A stretch of DNA of 64,000 nt from an uncultured Chromatiales bacterium (GTDB lineage Bacteria > Bacteroidota > Ignavibacteria > SZUA-365): contig CAYUWG010000006.1 of the NCBI GenBank assembly GCA_964448285.1, positions 13,715 through 77,714 of the forward strand, given 5' to 3'. Of this stretch, positions 63,647-64,000 are shown in pieces (the first letter of the stretch is position 1; each line of letters opens with the position of its first letter). The notes under the pieces are model-generated. The model saw only the letters and a list, made by a program, of their open reading frames with translations. It searched no databases and was not told the origin of the DNA. Both the position numbers and the translations under genes were made by a program.

Positions 63647-64000
63647 GGCGAGTGCTCTTTCTTTTGCATCGCGTCTTCCAGGTTGAATATCTCTCGCAGA
63701 AGTTCGGCTTTTTCACTCAACCCCGTCGCACCGAAGCGCTGTTCTTTCAGATTCTTCATCGTCGGATGCAGCAGTTTGTTGATGATGCGCCGCGTCAGCA
63801 TCTCGACCGTTTCGAGATTGTCGGGCGCGAGTTTGTTCTTGAACCGCTCGAACTCCGTTGCGCGGATTTCCTCGAAGTGATTACGCAACTGCTGAATGGT
63901 CGGAATTGCATCGAGCGTGTTGAACCAGAGGAAGAAGTTGACCACTTCCTCCGTGACGATCTGCTCGGCTTTCGGAATCTCGAGCTTGCGCTTTTCAAGG
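63643..64000 (-). CDS. hemA: Glutamyl-tRNA reductase, C-terminal part only (gene continues beyond right window edge)
   Basis: The minus-strand frame stays open to position 64000 (...LEKRKLEIPKAEQIVTEEVVNFFLWFNTLDAIPTIQQLRNHFEEIRATEFERF...), matching the HemA C-terminal dimerisation domain. The track's M at 63945 is an internal GTG. 4-bp overlap with the hemC start. Confidence 0.78.
   Translation of the reverse strand, partial: LEKRKLEIPKAEQIVTEEVVNFFLWFNTLDAIPTIQQLRNHFEEIRATEFERFKNKLAPDNLETVEMLTRRIINKLLHPTMKNLKEQRFGATGLSEKAELLREIFNLEDAMQKKEHSP

Noticed and set aside
1-64000. CRISPR arrays, rRNA and tRNA genes
   Set aside because: No regularly spaced direct repeats with unique spacers and no tRNA-like stems (for example GGTTCGAATCC-type T-arms) were found in any intergenic region. 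None reported.

Overview
This 64-kb window is a bacterial chromosome segment carrying a 14.4-kb defence-type island at 17.56-31.98 kb, flanked by imperfect ~64-bp direct repeats of the host gene's 3' end. The host looks like an FCB-group organism (Bacteroidota, Ignavibacteriota or Rhodothermota-like). At least five proteins end in recognisable type-IX-secretion (T9SS) C-terminal sorting domains (CTDs). Coding GC is mostly mid-50s %, with sharply AT-rich patches that look acquired.

Layout from left to right:
(1) A copper/silver resistance locus on the minus strand. It holds cusA (partial, runs off the left edge and is missing from the ORF track), cusB with two Cys-x-x-Cys heavy-metal-binding domains (HMBDs), a TolC-like outer-membrane factor, a Cys/His-rich small membrane ORF, and two multicopper-oxidase/cupredoxin proteins, one with a T9SS CTD. 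A divergently transcribed HMBD lipoprotein sits upstream.
(2) An O-antigen-ligase-family membrane protein with TPR repeats, and a small membrane protein.
(3) A carbamoyl-phosphate/ornithine cluster on the plus strand: ornithine carbamoyltransferase, carbamate kinase, a PyrB-like carbamoyltransferase, ornithine aminotransferase and a COG2403-type P-loop protein.
(4) A 14.4-kb island inserted exactly at the 3' end of the COG2403 gene. It encodes a DUF499/BrxC-like P-loop ATPase, a PglZ-like alkaline-phosphatase-superfamily protein, a VapBC pair, an AT-rich cassette (two membrane proteins, a tiny Pro-rich ORF and a ComEC-type metallo-beta-lactamase (MBL)-fold hydrolase), an AbiEii-type nucleotidyltransferase toxin module wedged into the 5' end of a DUF1156 Zn-ribbon adenine-methyltransferase gene (leaving a decayed in-frame copy of the methylase N-terminus), the full-length DUF1156 methylase, a small protein, and an SNF2-family helicase. 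No integrase is present. This BREX/DISARM-hybrid-like, modification-based defence-system candidate is the most interesting object in the window.
(5) Right of the island: a T9SS cargo gene with a frameshifted CTD, tandem beta-barrel outer-membrane-protein (OMP) paralogs, a PhoD-like phosphatase, a CDGSH/flavin-reductase/frataxin trio, PPK2, a SAM methyltransferase, glyA, a LuxR response regulator with an MgtC/DUF4010 membrane protein, a BNR-repeat T9SS protein, an AlkD-like glycosylase with a clear bidirectional terminator, cytochrome c and hemN.
(6) An AT-rich mosaic segment in which the 3' end of hemE and the C-terminal half of a Cys-rich secreted protein are duplicated around a T9SS zinc metalloprotease. 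Then hemE, a lipoprotein, a 1408-aa T9SS protein with a V8-like serine-protease domain, and hemD-hemC-hemA (hemA partial at the right edge).

No tRNA, rRNA or CRISPR array was recognised.
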